The translations under genes were made by a program, and so were the position numbers. Of a stretch of 64,000 nt of DNA, positions 11,701 to 23,500 are shown one piece after another. This DNA comes from Bugula neritina (Eukaryota > Animalia > Bryozoa): positions 5,094,698-5,158,697 of the forward strand of contig OZ037765.1 in NCBI GenBank assembly GCA_964035545.1. The letters run 5' to 3'. A model generated the notes under the pieces. It had not been told where the DNA came from. It saw only the letters and a program-made list of their open reading frames with translations, and did no database searches. The stretch's first letter is position 1; each line of letters opens with the position of its first letter.

Positions 11701-13227
11701 CTCAGAGTCAAACAGTGTGAGATCTGCCAGGCCAGTAAGCATAGCCGCCCCCCTGGTGAAGCAGGACGGCGGAGGCTATATGCTGGTAGGCCCTGGCAAG
11801 TAGTCGCTGTAGACCTGGTCGGACCCATGCCCCTGACCCCCAGAGGCAATAATTGGATCCTAGTACTAACCGACCACTTTACTAGGTGGGCGGATGCTCT
11901 GGCTATCCCAGATGCATCAGCCCCAACAGTGGCCAGGGCACTAGACCAACATGTATTCTGTTATTTTGGGCTTCCCGAACAGATACACTCTGATCAAGGC
12001 GCTCAATTCCAGTCTCAACTGATGAGCGACCTTTGCCACCTCTGGGGAGTAAATCAGAGCAGGACCACCCCCTACCACCCTCAAGGTAACGGGGTGGTGG
12101 AGCGCAACAACCGGATGCTAGGTGATGCACTCCGGAGTCTCCTCCTTGGACGAGGTCAAGAGGAATGGGATACAGTGTTGCCGCAAGTCATGCGTGCATA
12201 CCGTAGCACCCCACACACCAGTACTGGTGAGACCCCAAACCTCTTGATGCTCGGGAGAGAGACTCGTGTCCCCGACCATCTCACCTATCACGTTCCAGAG
12301 CAAGATAACTCAGTCCACGAGTATGCCAGTGAACTAGTGGAACGGATGAAGGCCGCACACGATATACTGCGCCAACAGCAGTGGAAGGTGCGGCACGAAG
12401 ATTCCGATGAACCACCCCTCTATCAAAGGGGAGATAAGGTGTGGATGGTCAATTACCGTAGGCGCCGCGGACAGGCTGATAAGCTGAAGCCTAAGTTCGT
12501 AGGCCCCTACGTGGTTGTCGAGGCTATGCCCAATCATACGTACAAGATTGAGCGCTCAGGACAGGTGTCTATCCAGAATGAGTCTCGCTTGAAACCGTAT
12601 TGGGCTAGCCCCGGCGGAGTGGGAGAAGCCCCCCCGTTGTTAGAGCCCAGGAGGCAGACAACAACGCGCGGGCGACGGCGGCATGGACCTGAATACGAAG
12701 TGGTCATACCGCGGGAAGAAAACTTGGTGAGAGAGGAGCGGCAGCTTTTGTCAACAGAAGCGTGTCCGCCACCGCCAAGTCTAATTCCATCACTTCCAGA
12801 AACCGAGCCGGTTCCGGAAGTGCAAACCCCCACGGAGGGAGGGGCTCCATCCGGAGAACAAGAAGAGGTGATTGCTGACGGTGAAGTAGAGACGCCATTA
12901 GAGGCCCCTACTAACGAACCGGCAAGCGTGTCACCCCCCCTAGAAAGGGGACAGCGTACGAGGCAACCCCCCGCATACTTGAAGGACTTCGTATGTGACT
13001 GCGTTAAAAGCGGCACGCATGAAAGTCTAGGGGAAAACCGTACGAGAAAAGAATCGAGCAAATGTGGGAGTTGTCAACACCACGGAAATATCAACTTTTG
13101 CATCGGCGGAAATAGAAACAAAATTCATCCGCCGGGTGCACAAAGTCTTAATCACGCACCCCAACCACGTTGCTCGATCTTTTCATACGCTGATGCAGTC
13201 AGGAGTAGACGTGTTTCTAAGCAGTAG
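8596..13227 (+). CDS. pol: Retrotransposon Pol (aspartic protease, RT, RNase H, integrase with GPY/F module), -1 frame relative to gag
   Basis: LIDSGC (protease); WRFCVDYRKLN, LPFGL, YLDD (RT); DTDASD...ELLAV...TDH (RNase H); H-x3-H...CEIC, VDLVGP/SDQG/VERNNR (integrase HHCC and DDE); KFVGPY. The ORF is uninterrupted. Confidence 0.97.
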   Translation: MLGVRKSRAFPPILSLPKSGVKLPRPADVPTFRGPTMKPPGKKKRRSPRRVPRTGNQQWQQPRRTSKGLRPAAAFSMPLHNRFTGLQVQESGWEPTKVAENLASAPPRPTYHRPKRPPSRPKAREVLPARVRPEGRVQVQPHGNSYFLPGKLEGKAVTFLIDSGCTTNLLSRQLFDTLSTRVRGEMEAYEGEYGTLADGSCLPFYGIIELTGRVCDQTIQETFIVSQLKEDAILGMPFLKRHGCHIDFSRSAMMMSGRELACVDKFGRPLVGGVQVVRNRIIPGRSRATIHCRVNSSRISGLGVVEGAHEKIQLASSLNQLTEQGEILVQCVNPFTEPIKLPAGSMLGRFHSVQEGDVGPSLGDATEAPPQCPIQGRGAVPTHLRELYETASGGCASNRERQAMAKLLRDYGDVFSSGEHDVGLTGIVRHEIPLTAGTVPVRQPTRRLGPEKEKEVSRQVRDLLDRGLIEPVHSAWSSPVVLVRKKDGSWRFCVDYRKLNSVTIQDAYPLPRIDESLDALAGSKYFSTLDLLSGYWQVPLSPDAQEKAAFITRDGLWKWKVLPFGLTSAPATFQRLMEQVLSGLHWKTLLVYLDDVIVISPDFETHVSRLQEVFERLRGAGLKLKPSKCALLQPEVKYLGHVVGRNGVATDPEKVRAVEDWVTPQDLTGLRAFLGLVGYYRQYIPDFAGIAQPLNRLTAKGVTWQWTPVEQEAFDRLKGCLLTAPILAYPDPTLEYILDTDASDQNVGAVLSQVQEGREVVVAYYSKSLSPAERNYCTTRKELLAVIKSVKHFRPYLYGRKFRLRTDHASLIWLCRRAEPSSQVARWLEILAEFSYRIEHRPGKRHSNADGLSRRPDGGCKQCLNIERRDGGPPRCELETLAHHGAPFDWDQGQLRQRVDESPEDVQNLRANPVLAGNVRELKKLQEELPGVVADIYRAKREGRRPSEERIRQGCAEFRLYCQRWDSLRIGQDGLLTISLAASGRHPERKRVVCPTAIRRELIWDTHKQAHAGVKRVMSKLRLRWYWPQMERDVRLRVKQCEICQASKHSRPPGEAGRRRLYAGRPWQVVAVDLVGPMPLTPRGNNWILVLTDHFTRWADALAIPDASAPTVARALDQHVFCYFGLPEQIHSDQGAQFQSQLMSDLCHLWGVNQSRTTPYHPQGNGVVERNNRMLGDALRSLLLGRGQEEWDTVLPQVMRAYRSTPHTSTGETPNLLMLGRETRVPDHLTYHVPEQDNSVHEYASELVERMKAAHDILRQQQWKVRHEDSDEPPLYQRGDKVWMVNYRRRRGQADKLKPKFVGPYVVVEAMPNHTYKIERSGQVSIQNESRLKPYWASPGGVGEAPPLLEPRRQTTTRGRRRHGPEYEVVIPREENLVREERQLLSTEACPPPPSLIPSLPETEPVPEVQTPTEGGAPSGEQEEVIADGEVETPLEAPTNEPASVSPPLERGQRTRQPPAYLKDFVCDCVKSGTHESLGENRTRKESSKCGSCQHHGNINFCIGGNRNKIHPPGAQSLNHAPQPRCSIFSYADAVRSRRVSKQ
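8656..8720 (+). other. Putative -1 programmed ribosomal frameshift signal (G_TTA_AAC plus GC-rich stem/pseudoknot)
   Basis: The heptamer at 8656-8662 is in gag phase and is followed by a 5-nt spacer; CGGCCCGC (8668-8675) pairs with GCGGGCCG (8693-8700); loop TTCCC could pair with GGGAA (8716-8720). Confidence 0.7.
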
Positions 13228-13251
13228 TTCAAACCATTTCACACATTCAGT

Positions 13252-14317
13252 ATGTCTTACGACAACAGATCGTGGGGTGAGTTAACTATATCTTAATACG
13301 AAACTAGATTGCATCGCTCAGCTCTGACTCACTGAGTCAATCGAGCTGGAGATAGGTTAGTGAAATACCGTAGTAAGAACTCAGATTTTTATAATCTCAT
13401 TGCAATACGTGTTCTATCTGACTATTCACTACCATAAATCTCTACGAGGTAACTGAATTAGGAGTTGCCAAGCTGTTCAAGCTGACAACACAGCAGTGTA
13501 CTGTATTAACACTGTTGAAACTTTTTCAGATTACACTCGACCCGCTACAACCAGGGTACGGGATAGAACACTTCCCGCTCCGTATCCAGAGGAGTACGCT
13601 AGTGGTGACCGGCCTGAGCCACTACACCGCCGTTGGCGGTGGGTGTCTCCACAAACAGAAGAAGAAATAGAAACAGCCTGGGGGTCCAGAGGACGGACGA
13701 GATGCCAGATCTGTGGTGAAGATTGCGCCTCTCACCGCTCCCTTAAACTACACGTCAATGCTCATCTCCTACTAACATTCTGCCCCTGCGGGTACAATGA
13801 TGTGTATCCCTACCCCGTCACCAGACACAGAGCGGCGGGCTGTTTCCCTGGAGAAAACTACGTGGTCGACGCTAAGCTATACCCGGAGTTCCTCACACTT
13901 ATACGACCTCTGGTGAAGAAGGCCATGTTGTTAGCCGTTCTGTCCTCGGGGTTCCAACGTGTGTTAGACAACGCCCGCCAACAATCCCCGTTGGTGTCTG
14001 ACCGTCCTCAAATTACATACACCCCCGAGGAAATTACATACCCAGAAGAAGGAGAGATCTCCCCTACACCGGCGAAGAGACGAACCAGGTCCCCCAGTCC
14101 ACCCTTGCGCCGCAGACGGACACCGTCCCCAGACCCAGTACGCCTGGCTACCGTAGAAGAACGCCTCCTACGATTACAAGAAGAGTTCACCCAGCTGGCA
14201 CCAGATCTACTTAACACTACCACAGGACTCTTCCAGCTAAAGGGATCCGTATGCCGTATGAAACGGAAACTGCGTACATGCCAAGCCAAGCACCGGCGTG
14301 CCCAACAAGGACTCTAG
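13252..14317 (+). CDS. Retroelement accessory ORF3, probably spliced: C2H2 zinc finger, second Cys/His finger, Arg/Ser/Pro-rich basic segment and coiled coil
   Basis: The open frame 13496-14317 has no ATG near its start but has the acceptor ctttttcag|A at 13529/13530. In-phase donors lie at 13276|gtgagt (mini-exon ATG 13252) and 7796|gtgagc (in gag). CQIC-x12-H-x3-H motif present. Confidence 0.75.
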
Positions 14318-14594
14318 TTAGACTACCCTGAGTACTCCAACTCCGCCTCTTGGGAGAAGCCAAGATCGTGCAAATGCTTAACTGCTAGACAGGTTATTCC
14401 TTGTCTAATACCACAGCTAGCTAGTATTCCTCGTCTATCTACAGCTGGCCAATTGTATGCAACGGATCGTTAAATGACTCTGCCTATTATTGTGTCTCTT
14501 CCTGTATATTATGTATTATTTTGTCCACTGATGTACGCAATTACTATTGAATGTTTTTTTTTATATATATATATCAGAAAGATGGCTTTCTGCT

Positions 14595-14605
14595 GGTGGG
14601 GGCGG
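14595..14605 (+). other. Polypurine tract (G-rich) before the 3' LTR
   Basis: GGTGGGGGCGG immediately precedes the TG of the 3' LTR. Confidence 0.6.
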
Positions 14606-14910
14606 TGTGGTGGTTCGTGGAACTACCAGCAGCACGACATGTAGGGTCGCGTAATTGACCCGGAACAATGGATAGCCAATTAGCGTAGTTGATAGTTAGC
14701 AGCAATTGTAGTTTCCCGCTGCTAACTCAGTCGAAGCTAGAGTGTGAAATAGATTAGATGTGTAACTTGTTTGGAGATAATGTATCGTTTTTATAATGTA
14801 TAATTGTGTGTAAAATATACTCGTTCACTCGACTTATCCTGGTGCAGTTCTATAGTAAATAAATAGACTCTCTGGATAGCACATCAACCCTAAATCTGAA
14901 AATCTTAACA
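14606..14910 (+). repeat. 3' LTR (305 bp)
   Basis: Direct repeat of 7418-7722. Confidence 0.97.
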
Positions 14911-16962
14911 ATAGTAACTACAGATCCACTCATGCAAAATCTTGGAAGGGGCCTGGTGACACCTTGGAACAGTGGAGTGGAATAGCTTCAGAGGAAAATT
15001 TAGACTCCTAGTAAGAATAATGAAAATCCGAAATCCTTGCAGGGTCTCAACTGTAGCGGAACTGATAGCTTTGATTATTTACTGAGTGCAGCGAGGCACA
15101 TATCAAAGAATTATAGTCAAAGTGGATGGGTAATAGGTGGATATCTGTAGCCACTCAATGTTATTAGCAGCATTTTGTGGTGAAGAATAAAGACTTTGTA
15201 ATCATAAAGGACTATGTTGACTTCTTGTGTCACATAAAAGGAAAATGGACAAACTAGGCTTTAGTATTATACGGAAACCTAAAACTCCAAAACCAAACGA
15301 ATCAAAAGAATTACCACTGAACACAGAGATTTCCACAAGCTTTTTAAAAAAAGCAGATATTGAACTTTCAGATGCTCACTGTGTTGATTTTCTTAATTGA
15401 AAGAAAGCCTGTGAAAGTTTCTGAGTTGAGTAGAGCACACTTCTATGAAGAGCTGGAGAAGACTCAGAATGACCGTAGACAAATTGTTGATGGAAAAAAT
15501 AGTCTGTACCTAATTATTCTGTCAAATTGTAATAGTTTGTTGACTTTGATTAGGTTTACTGTAAAGAATGACATGAAGCAGTTGCAGACTGTAAACTTCT
15601 ATGTGAATTGACACTTTAAAAATAGCATCTGCATTTTTTTAGTGTGCAAGCAATAGAAGGAAAAGAAAAATCGACAGTACCTCGACTGAAAGTTTATATT
15701 CTGTTTGCTGGCTTTTTGATTGGTTCAGGCAATATCATTTTGAAAGTTGAAAATAGTTATGAAAACTTTTGCAGGTAAGCAGTTGGTAATCTCAAGAAGA
15801 AAATTTCTTTTTGAAAGGTAGAATAATTACAAACACTTGAGATGAATATTTTAAATGCATAAACTTCAGTGAGATTAATATTTGAATCTAAACAATAAAA
15901 GTAATAGAACCAATGCATCTTCAAGATACATATTTTTTGTAAAAATTGTAAATTGTAAAATTCCTTTGATTTTTTAGAACTAATTATTTAGCTCTTAAAA
16001 TGCATTGTGCCGTAACTTTACAAAACATGCTTATTAAAACATGCTTTTATAAAGCACCTTGCTCCAAGTTTTAAAGTCTTTTTTGTTGGACTTGCTGCTT
16101 TTTTATAACTGTTTTTATAAAAAAGTATTTTTAGCTGTAGCTAACTTTGCTCAACCCCATTCCGGCACTGCATTGATAGAAGAGGTTGTTGTAATTATCC
16201 AGGGTTTGTGTGCCCAGAACCTTTGAATGCATCAGAGTTTATAAAATGCTCAGGTTAGTTCTCTAATTTTTTCAACTATCACTACGTCTTCATTATTCAA
16301 ATGAATTTTTCATTCCGTGCATGGAGACAGTGTCAATTGAATAAAGCCACTACCATAAGAACATGTGAACTTTTCATTTGACGTAGTACTATACGAATCA
16401 ATTTGATGCGTGGAGACATACACTGTGTTTTCAAGCTTTGCATTGATGGCTGGAAACAGTTGCGTCAAATGAAACCACAGTCATAAGTTCATTCTTTCTA
16501 AGCAATGGAAACGCTATCTATGTATACTGTATATTTCTTTCTTTACCAACAAGTGGGTGACATATACATTTACTATCACATAGTCTAACGTGTAGTCTAG
16601 CTCTGTAGCATAGTTGTTCCCATATTTTATTAACTCATTATACCAATAGCTTTTGTCAGCCATTCTCATGTAAACCGTTTATTAATCAAATAATACCATA
16701 TGTCATTGTATTTACCTATTCTTATACTTGTTTTACTGGTTGTTCAGTTGCCATCTAGTGCTCATCAATACAGTCTTACTACAAAATCTCACATGTTTAC
16801 AATTTTAGTACAAAAAATAATGGTAACCTGTACAAGCACAAAACTTATTAACATGCTCTAGAGTCAAATGATTGTAACATAATGTAGCTCTTTACAAAAA
16901 TAATTTTAATTATATGGTTGGTGAGTTTATTAAAAATCAGTTTAATTTCTGCCCTTTTCTTC

Positions 16963-16994
<32 letters not shown>

Positions 16995-17090
16995 ATATAT
17001 TAGCAGAAGTAAAATGAGATTTGATTAATATAATGGCATTTATTACTAGTAGTTTCGTACACAAGAACGATGTGCACTCGTCAGATAAAT

Positions 17091-17214
<124 letters not shown>

Positions 17215-17583
17215 TTTCTTGTTAGTATCAATGTACCATGTGTTGCTGGCAATATTTTAGGTTTTAAATATTATTTGCTTTATTACCAGTGATAAGAATT
17301 GATACAAGAATATTTCTCGAGCTGTAATAAGGTAGTGTTGAATGTATCATGAAATAACTATGATCACATTGAATGGTGAAATGTTTGTGTAAGATTGTGC
17401 AGTAAGGAGTGTGGTACACATTGTTGTCTTAGCTAGATAACGAATGTGATGCTGATAATATGGAGACTGTGATATTAATCAGGAGAAAAATCTTAGGAGA
17501 TAAAACTTTATAACTAGTTGTGGACAATGCTTAGCTGAAGATAGATAGGTTTTCTAGCATCTCTTGTATCAGAAATTTACAGC

Positions 17584-20500
17584 ATGCTACAACCTAGAAG
17601 AAATATATTTTCTACTTTAGTTTTTCTTGGAATAACTTCATTATACTCAGGTTTGATAACTTCATTAAATTAGAAATGTGCATCTCACCTTAAACTTTGA
17701 TTGGTGTTGTTATTAGATAATATTTTGTTTATAGAGAAGTTTTAGTTAACACATGCATGTAGTATAATTATGTGTTTTGGTGTTTCAAAAATTTATTTTT
17801 ACTAAAAGGGGCTTTTGTTTTATTGGTACCAGTGTTGTTTACATTGTATATCAACTTCTTATTATTCAACATGTTTTCATTGCTAATCAAATAGATACAA
17901 AAAATGAATAAAGCCTTCTTATTATTTATATAATAATAATAGTTATGTAATAGTTGGCTTTAATGTAATTTTGCTGCTTTAAAAGCTTCATTGTTTTCTT
18001 ACTTGGCAGAATAGTGTGGTTATCAGTGTTTATTATCCGGTACACCATTGTTCCCTACTCCCTAGTATTGCCAACTTGAATGCTTTCAGTTGAAAGACTA
18101 TTTCAACTAATTTTCAATTTTATATTAACAACTGAGTAATTAATTTAATTACTATTTCAAAGTGGCAAAAGTTTAAATCTTATGATGAGGATAAACCTTT
18201 AGAGTGATAAAACATTTGGTGTGCAGCTTGATAGCTTTAAACTACTTCATTTTAGTTTTGGGAGCCAACCAGTGCCCACAAGGGTGGTACCCGTACAAAA
18301 GCCACTGCTATTTATTCTCTCAGTCTACGGCGAAATGGGACACAGCTAAGGATATCTGTGCAACTCGTGGGGGTAATCTCGCTACAATAAGCTCTACAGC
18401 TGAGGCGGTATGTTCTCTTGATTCTGACTGTAAATAGTTATATTCCAGATTGTAGATTAAAAGATGCAATTTAACTTCATATTTTGTAATTAGTTTGGCA
18501 ACATTCTATTGTGATGGTGTTTAGGTGATCATATACTTGTAAATGTAGCCTGCTTTAAAGTTATTAACTTATTTGGTGTCTTGACATCCTAAACTAAGTT
18601 TTGCACTCTACACATTTCATTTGTGTTGGCTGCATTAGAACTGAAGAGTAGCTGCTTATGGTACCAGATATATACAAGAAGACTGCTTCAATTATTTAAT
18701 AAATATGTGAATTTAGTAGCAAAACAAAGATCTTCTTTAAATGAAGTTTTTATGTAAATCTCATATTAGCTTCTTTTTCATATTAAACAGATGAATGTTT
18801 TTAGAATTTTCTGAAAACAAATCTAATTTTTAGAACTTTTATTCTCAACGAGTAAAAGCAATTGGGGGGCTCAAGACTTATTATGTGGGAGTCACAGATC
18901 TCGGTACAGAAGGAAAATGGAGGAATGTGGACGGCAGACCTTTTTCCTCAGACAAGGGGTTAGTAACTTTTTTGCATCAATTAATGTTAGTCGGCTTTTA
19001 TAAAAAGGTTTCCATGGTCAGTGCTAATCTGTTACTTGCCAAGTGTATGTTGGGACAAGATGGCGGCTGGAAACCAGAATGTAAAATGAAAACTTTCATG
19101 TCCAATAGAAACGCTTTTGCAAATTAAAACAGCTCAACTATTTCTAAATTAATTAAATCAAAGAAGAAGAAAACTGTATGAAAACTATATGCAAAGATTA
19201 ATAATTAGAGTTTAATCTCAAACATTTCTGTTTGAATATAAAAGAGGTGTGTTGCTGGAAAATCAAGTTACCAATCAAGTCGGCAAATTGGTTGAGCTAC
19301 ATTAACACCTGAGGCTCTAAGTAGTTTTTGTTAGAATTTATATTTTTAAAATAAATTAGTTTTTTACGATAATAGAATGACTGGACTCAATTTTATGCTA
19401 GAGAGCGTGTTTTGCAGCCATAGACTGAATTTTTATCCAAATTTAGGAAACAAAAATAAGAGAGATTGTTTAGATTAGCACTTAGCATTTTTACATTCAA
19501 TTGGGAGAAGACAACTCATAGTAAATGCATGAAACCTCTAATAGAAAGCATGAAAGTGAAGTATTCTTCAATAAGTTATAAAGCTTGTATGTAATTGTAT
19601 GTAGTTTTCCATCATCATTTACAAATATTAAAGAAACAAGCCATACACACATGATAGTATATCAAGATTAGACAGATTTTCTAGTACACTTGGATTTTTT
19701 GTTTTAGGATTTGGGCTAAAAGTCAGCCGGACAACTTGCACAGTGTTGAGAACTGTGGCAGCTACTCCACTTCTTCTCAGTATAAACTCAGTGATGTGCC
19801 CTGTTCTGTGTCTGCTAACTACATCTGCGCACGCAGCATAGGTTAGTCAGCTTTCTTACTCATTGATGACTCATCTGGAACTACCTACACAATAATGTCT
19901 AAAATCCTTAACCTTGCAATGGTGCAAATCAGTGTGCAGCTGTATAAAATACTCTAGAAAACATTGTAGAAATTTTCTTTTTCATTGTATTACTTGAATG
20001 GTTTGTGCTATTAATAAAAAGCTCAGGCAAGTTTATAGTCACTATTCCTGTGAGAACCCCTGACGGGAAGAGTTTTTTAAAACAGGCTAAGAACTTACTC
20101 ATATGTGATACAGAAGCAATTATGACTGGATGCTTTTCCTAACATCACCAATGGGATCTACGGAGGTTCAAACCCGTTACTTCATGTTCACTAAACCAAC
20201 GCTCTAACCCCACGGCTGCTCCCTATTAGTTTGTGCTATAATAATAATGTATAATAATCATATTTTTGGTTTATTATTTGAATATTAATTTTTGTGTTTT
20301 GTTTGTGTAAAATTTAAATTGCTTCAGATGTTACTGGGTTTTATTGTCAAATAATTTTATCAGTTTTATTTTAGATTATTTAGATCCATGTGACTATTCA
20401 AACGGCTGGAATCTGTTAAAAGGCAAATGTTACCGCTTCTACGAAGAGCCGACTACCTGGCCAGAGGCGAGGAAGATCTGCCAGAGAGATGATGGTGACC

Positions 20501-23500
20501 TGATAACTGTCAACTCTAACCAGGAGCTGGGACTAATCACTGAGTCGGCATCCTCCTATACCCGCACTCCTCGGTCTATCTGGGTCGGCTACTCTGACGT
20601 GAGTAAACTTTACCTGTTTACAGGAGTTGTCCCCTACTGTTTACTCTTTCAGTCTTTGTATTCCTAGCGTTTGTCACATATGTACATATCTATGGCATGC
20701 TATTTCCTATGAAAGGTGCTGAGCATCTTGTGTCAGCTAGCATTCAACAAGTACTGATTCTAGCTAGTCTAGCGGGTTGTACAGATGTTATAGTCCTCAG
20801 TAGGGGGAGATAATATTGAAGATGAGTGTGATCAGCCTTACGTATTCCATTCATTGTTTTCTTTTAATATTAAATTTACATTTTGGTGCACAGCATTTGC
20901 TAGTAGATAGATTAAGCAGTAAGTCTTATTGTCTCAATAGAGTTGGTATTTGACAGATTATCTATAACTTAGGATTAAGACTTTTTAGACTGATATGTTT
21001 GGTAGTTGTTCACAACATTGTCCTTTGTGTTTTTCAGGTATCTGTCGTAGACTTTATCATATATTTTCTTTTTTTTTGTTTCAAATTCAGAAAGACTTGA
21101 CGTTGTTTCTTGAAGAATCGCTGACACTTTACATTTATGCAGTATTACATCATTCACATATATTTTGGTTATCAGCTAAATACAACTTCAAAGTAGTATA
21201 CCCAATCATTTTGGTTTTATAATAAACTTTGTGCAAACATGTCTTGAATTACTTTGGGATGATGACTCGCTTGCTATCAGGACATTTTTGTTCATCTCTG
21301 CGAGTTAGACACTAGAACTAATACCACCTATTGCAATTGAACCATCATCCTGAAGCAATTCGAGGCATATATACGGAAAGTTTATTATTAAACCGATATG
21401 CTCTGGGCATACTACCCTGATAGCCAAGATATATATGTATATAATGTAATACTGCATCAATGCAACACGTCTGGGATTCTTTAATACTGGTTATACAAAT
21501 ACTGTTAGGATTTACAGCTACACCTACTTTTTAATTGTTCACTAGTGTGTATGCAATACGATGGTAAATTATGTGCTGCTGTATTCCTAGACCAATGCTG
21601 CCAACACTTTGAAATGGGTGGACCATGTTGTATCGAATGCTGCTTTCATGAACTGGGATCAAGCCAATGGAGAACCCAATCCTCAAAAGTACGGCAAATT
21701 ATCTTATTAATATCACCTATGAGTTTTTATACAAGAAGTTGTAATATTTTTAGATTTATGCATGAAGTGCTGTTAAAAACAGTTATATATATTTTGGTTT
21801 TATTTTAAATATTTTGCTGTCTGATTTGACTATATGTCTACTTGTGTAATAAAATGTAAATAACTTGATTTCATATCTACTCTATGTGATCCTGTGACTC
21901 TTATATTGTTTTGTAGCCATCCTAAAGGCAAAAACTGTGCTGCATCCATCACTTTGAACAAAAATCTATGGAAACTGGTCAACTGTGAAGGAAATGATTT
22001 AGCGTATATATGTGAAAAGTCTATAGGTAAATGTCTTGCAGTCGTGGTATCGCGTCTAGCCGATATTCAGCTGCTGTCTCATGTATTCTCCAAACTATTA
22101 GCTGGTATTCTCCTCAATACAGGGTGTAATAGAGTGTAGTTATGCTGTAGTAATTAGTATTCGTTGCTCTTTGAAGCGTCTTTGCTGTTACAACTGATTT
22201 GGTATTATATCTATACAGGACAATGCCCGGCTGGATGGAGAAGCAAAAATAATGTTTGTGTCAAGACCTTTTATTCTCTCGTGACGTGGCCAGAGGCTAA
22301 CGCTGCATGTGCTGGCTATGGCGGTAACTTGGCCAGTGTGGAGCAGGTCAAACAGTTTTCTACTTCTCTTTTCTTGTATGGCAATTGGGTTGATCTATCA
22401 GGTAAAATAGCAGTTTTTTTATTAAATCTTTTATAGCTGTCTTGACTTAATAAATTTCACTCATAAAATTGATATCTATATTGTGTTCACCAGCTATTAC
22501 AGTTATATACTACTGTATGCTACAGATATAAAGCATCAGACTCATGTACTTAGCATAGATATGTTGGTGAATTTAATCCTTAAACATTTGTTTTTCTGCC
22601 TTTAGACCGAGATTCTGACGATATATTTGTGGATGGTAACGGTAATCGTCCTCCCACTAGTCAAATGCCATCACAAAAGGCTAACAAGCAAATAGAATGT
22701 GGAGTTTGTAAGTTTTTTTCCTACAGCCATGTGGCTGTCATGTATAATTATGACTTTTCTTCGGGTTGACTGTAATATAGTATCCATTTGTATAATATAA
22801 TATACATATGTATAATATAATATCTATAAGTATAATATAATATCCATAAGTATAATATAATATCCATAAGTATAATAAAATTAGTTTTAAGTTTTTCTTG
22901 GATACTGGAAAATAAGTTGTAGTACTATAAATGAAGAAAGCAAAAATCACAAACGCAGGAGCCGTTCTTGTTTAATTACAACAACTATACATAATTATTA
23001 TTTGCATAATAATAATGTGAAGTTAATTTTATAAGATTCTTGTGCAGAACTCATTAATGTATGCAAGTTAAAGTATACGCAGATTAGAGTACATGTGAGA
23101 CATACATAATGAAACTGTGTTTATAGTATGGTAGTATTTTAGGCTTGTTCTGTTGTAGGGAACTCTAATCGTGTTGAATTAGACTCTTGTTATCGCTCTA
23201 AGTTCTATACATGCACTGCCAGTTTGGCTGCGGTGCAGGCAACTCCAACAGATGCTCCATCAGGTGGGGTTTTATTGACTATAGCTTTTTTCTAGTCACT
23301 AAATTGTATAATTAAAAAAGCTCACGCAAGTTTATAGTCACCAACCCTGTAAGAAAACCCCTGATAGAAAAAGTTTGTGGCTCAGGAGCAATTATGACTG
23401 GATGCTCTTCCTAACATCACCAATGGCCTTTGTCTGGACTCGAACCCATGACTTCGTGTTGACTAGGCAAATGCTCTAACCCCTAGACCACGGCTGCTTC

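Larger units (their letters stand above)
7418..14910 (+). mobile_element. Full-length Ty3/Gypsy (Metaviridae) LTR retrotransposon, ~7.5 kb, three ORFs
   Basis: Paired TG...CA LTRs, PBS, PPT, gag with a CCHC knuckle, pol in PR-RT-RH-INT order, and a GC-rich body against AT-rich flanks. Confidence 0.97.

Noticed and set aside
7892-13061. Numerous antisense and alternate-frame ORFs (60-175 aa) inside gag/pol
   Set aside because: Shadow ORFs expected in GC-rich coding DNA; no motifs.
13496-14317. ORF3 as an envelope gene
   Set aside because: No signal peptide, fusion peptide or transmembrane segment; the features point to a nuclear protein.
7402-15085. Possible host exon interrupted by the LTR element (open frame of roughly 60 codons across the empty site)
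   Set aside because: No recognisable protein and no supporting neighbouring exons; could be chance.
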